63,674 bases of DNA from Candidatus Poseidoniia archaeon (GTDB lineage: Archaea; Thermoplasmatota; Poseidoniia; MGIII; CG-Epi1): positions 1-63,674 of the forward strand of contig JAPYSW010000003.1 in NCBI GenBank assembly GCA_029936395.1, given 5' to 3'. Numbering within the stretch: position 1 is the first letter of the stretch; every line of letters starts with the position of its first letter. The notes below the pieces were generated by a model. It saw only the letters and a program-made list of their open reading frames with translations. It was not told the origin of the DNA and did no database searches. The position numbers were made by a program, and so were the translations under genes. Positions 62,629 through 63,674 of the stretch are shown one piece after another.

Positions 62629-63674
62629 GTAAGTTCATAATATATTTTTTCTATTTTAGAAAGACCTTTATCCCAATCTGCATTTTTTGATACTAGTTTA
62701 GGTCCTTCAACCAGTGCATTTTTTAACAAAGAATTGTTATTTAGAACATTTACTAAAACATTTCCTAAATTTTCAGGATTGCCAGTTTCAAACAACAATC
62801 CGGTTTTATTTTTAATTGTCCAAAAATGATTAGCAGGAATATCGCTAGTTACCAAGGCACAGCCACAAGCCAACCCCTCCAACAGAGAAACAGGAGTGCC
62901 ATCAGATAAAGACGGAGAAACCATAACTAATGAAGTTCCAGTAATGGTTGAAATATCCTTATTAGAAATATAACCTAGAAACTCTACAGAGTCCATCATC
63001 CCATTTTCATTTAAGTATAACATACATTGTTCACGTAAAGGACCTTCACCACAAAGAACAAATTTAACATCGGGGATCTTAGATACTACATAAGGGATTG
63101 CTTTTACAAGAGTCAAAGGATCATAAACATCTTTGAATCCTCTTGAAAAAAGAACTATTTTTTCTTTGTTCAAAGGTTTAAATTTGTTTATATCAATTCC
63201 CAAAGGAGACGTAATAAGTTTAGAAGAATCAATTCCCCATGTTTTAATATTTTCAGTTAAAGCTTTAGATACAGTTACAAGAACATCTACTTTTTTTGCA
63301 GTATTTTTAATAATCCAAGATAATAATTTAGATTCATTAGGCATCAATAAAACATCAGATCCCATTGCCGTGACAATGGTAGGATAGCTTGTTATTCTTG
63401 AAGCATACATCCCATGATTTGTAAGAAAAAACCCATGCACAATGTCTGGTTTGAATATATCTATTAGGTTCTGTAAACAAGAGGCAGTCTTACGAACTTC
63501 TCTTCCGAGATTGAAAATAAATCTTCGATCTAAGGGAGGTTCAGGTCCAAAGTAGTTGGCGGAGTTATTTTCTTTTAAACTAAATATTTCAACAGTATGT
63601 CCCTTATTTTTCAATCCACTAACCCATCGAATAGTATGAATACTATTTGCATTAGCTACAATTGCAATTCTTAA
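62625..63674 (-). CDS. GT4-family glycosyltransferase; the 5' end runs off the window
   Basis: The frame stays open to the window edge ([26 protein letters not shown]...). The C-terminal domain reads [29 protein letters not shown]. The track start at 63614 is an internal TTG. Confidence 0.75.
   Translation of the reverse strand, partial: LRIAIVANANSIHTIRWVSGLKNKGHTVEIFSLKENNSANYFGPEPPLDRRFIFNLGREVRKTASCLQNLIDIFKPDIVHGFFLTNHGMYASRITSYPTIVTAMGSDVLLMPNESKLLSWIIKNTAKKVDVLVTVSKALTENIKTWGIDSSKLITSPLGIDINKFKPLNKEKIVLFSRGFKDVYDPLTLVKAIPYVVSKIPDVKFVLCGEGPLREQCMLYLNENGMMDSVEFLGYISNKDISTITGTSLVMVSPSLSDGTPVSLLEGLACGCALVTSDIPANHFWTIKNKTGLLFETGNPENLGNVLVNVLNNNSLLKNALVEGPKLVSKNADWDKGLSKIEKIYYELT

Noticed and set aside
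1-63674. Search for CRISPR arrays, rRNA/tRNA genes, transposases or integrases, toxin-antitoxin pairs and known defence-system hallmarks
   Set aside because: No spaced direct repeats were seen and no tRNA-like T-arm sequences in any intergenic gap. No DDE, serine or tyrosine recombinase motifs appear among the ORFs, and there are no nuclease/ATPase defence-type pairs. Gene density, short overlaps and housekeeping content indicate a core chromosomal region. A by-eye scan can still miss short or degenerate elements.

Overview
AT-rich archaeal chromosome segment. The gene content and order fit a marine planktonic Thermoplasmatota genome (marine group II/III, Poseidoniales-like). This is inferred from archaeal housekeeping genes sitting alongside bacterial-type lipid genes, not from any database search. 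The core of the window (15.4-30.9 kb) is the complete large ribosomal-protein operon: uL3-uL4-uL23-uL2-uS19-uL22-uS3-uL29-aIF1-Rpp29-uS17-uL14-uL24-eS4-uL5-uS14-uS8-uL6-eL32-eL19-uL18-uS5-uL30-uL15-SecY-(LbH transferase)-AdkA-DUF106. Flanking genes include ValRS, GlyRS, aIF5B, PRPP synthetase, an SSB/RPA/RPAP/RadA locus, Top6A, a phosphopantothenate synthetase, an ABC-2 exporter, an OPT-like transporter, a thiolase/reductase pair, PlsC, an ACBP fusion and a UbiA-type prenyltransferase. I found no rRNA, tRNA, CRISPR array, transposase, integrase or recognisable defence system, so this is a core region rather than an accessory island. The best candidates for undescribed biology are listed here. 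(1) A translationally coupled PIG-L deacetylase / GT4 / ATP-grasp cassette. (2) A four-gene cassette with three divergent KaiC/RecA-fold paralogs. (3) An extremely acidic exported Cys-repeat/His-rich protein with a small membrane partner. (4) A GC-rich structured element upstream of rpl3. (5) A uL24-SAP domain fusion. (6) A G-motif-less EF-Tu/SelB-like protein coupled to a CoA-pathway gene. (7) An ACBP-SnoaL fusion next to ester-lipid genes. All functional calls rest on motif recognition by eye and on gene order; no HMM or BLAST search could be run.
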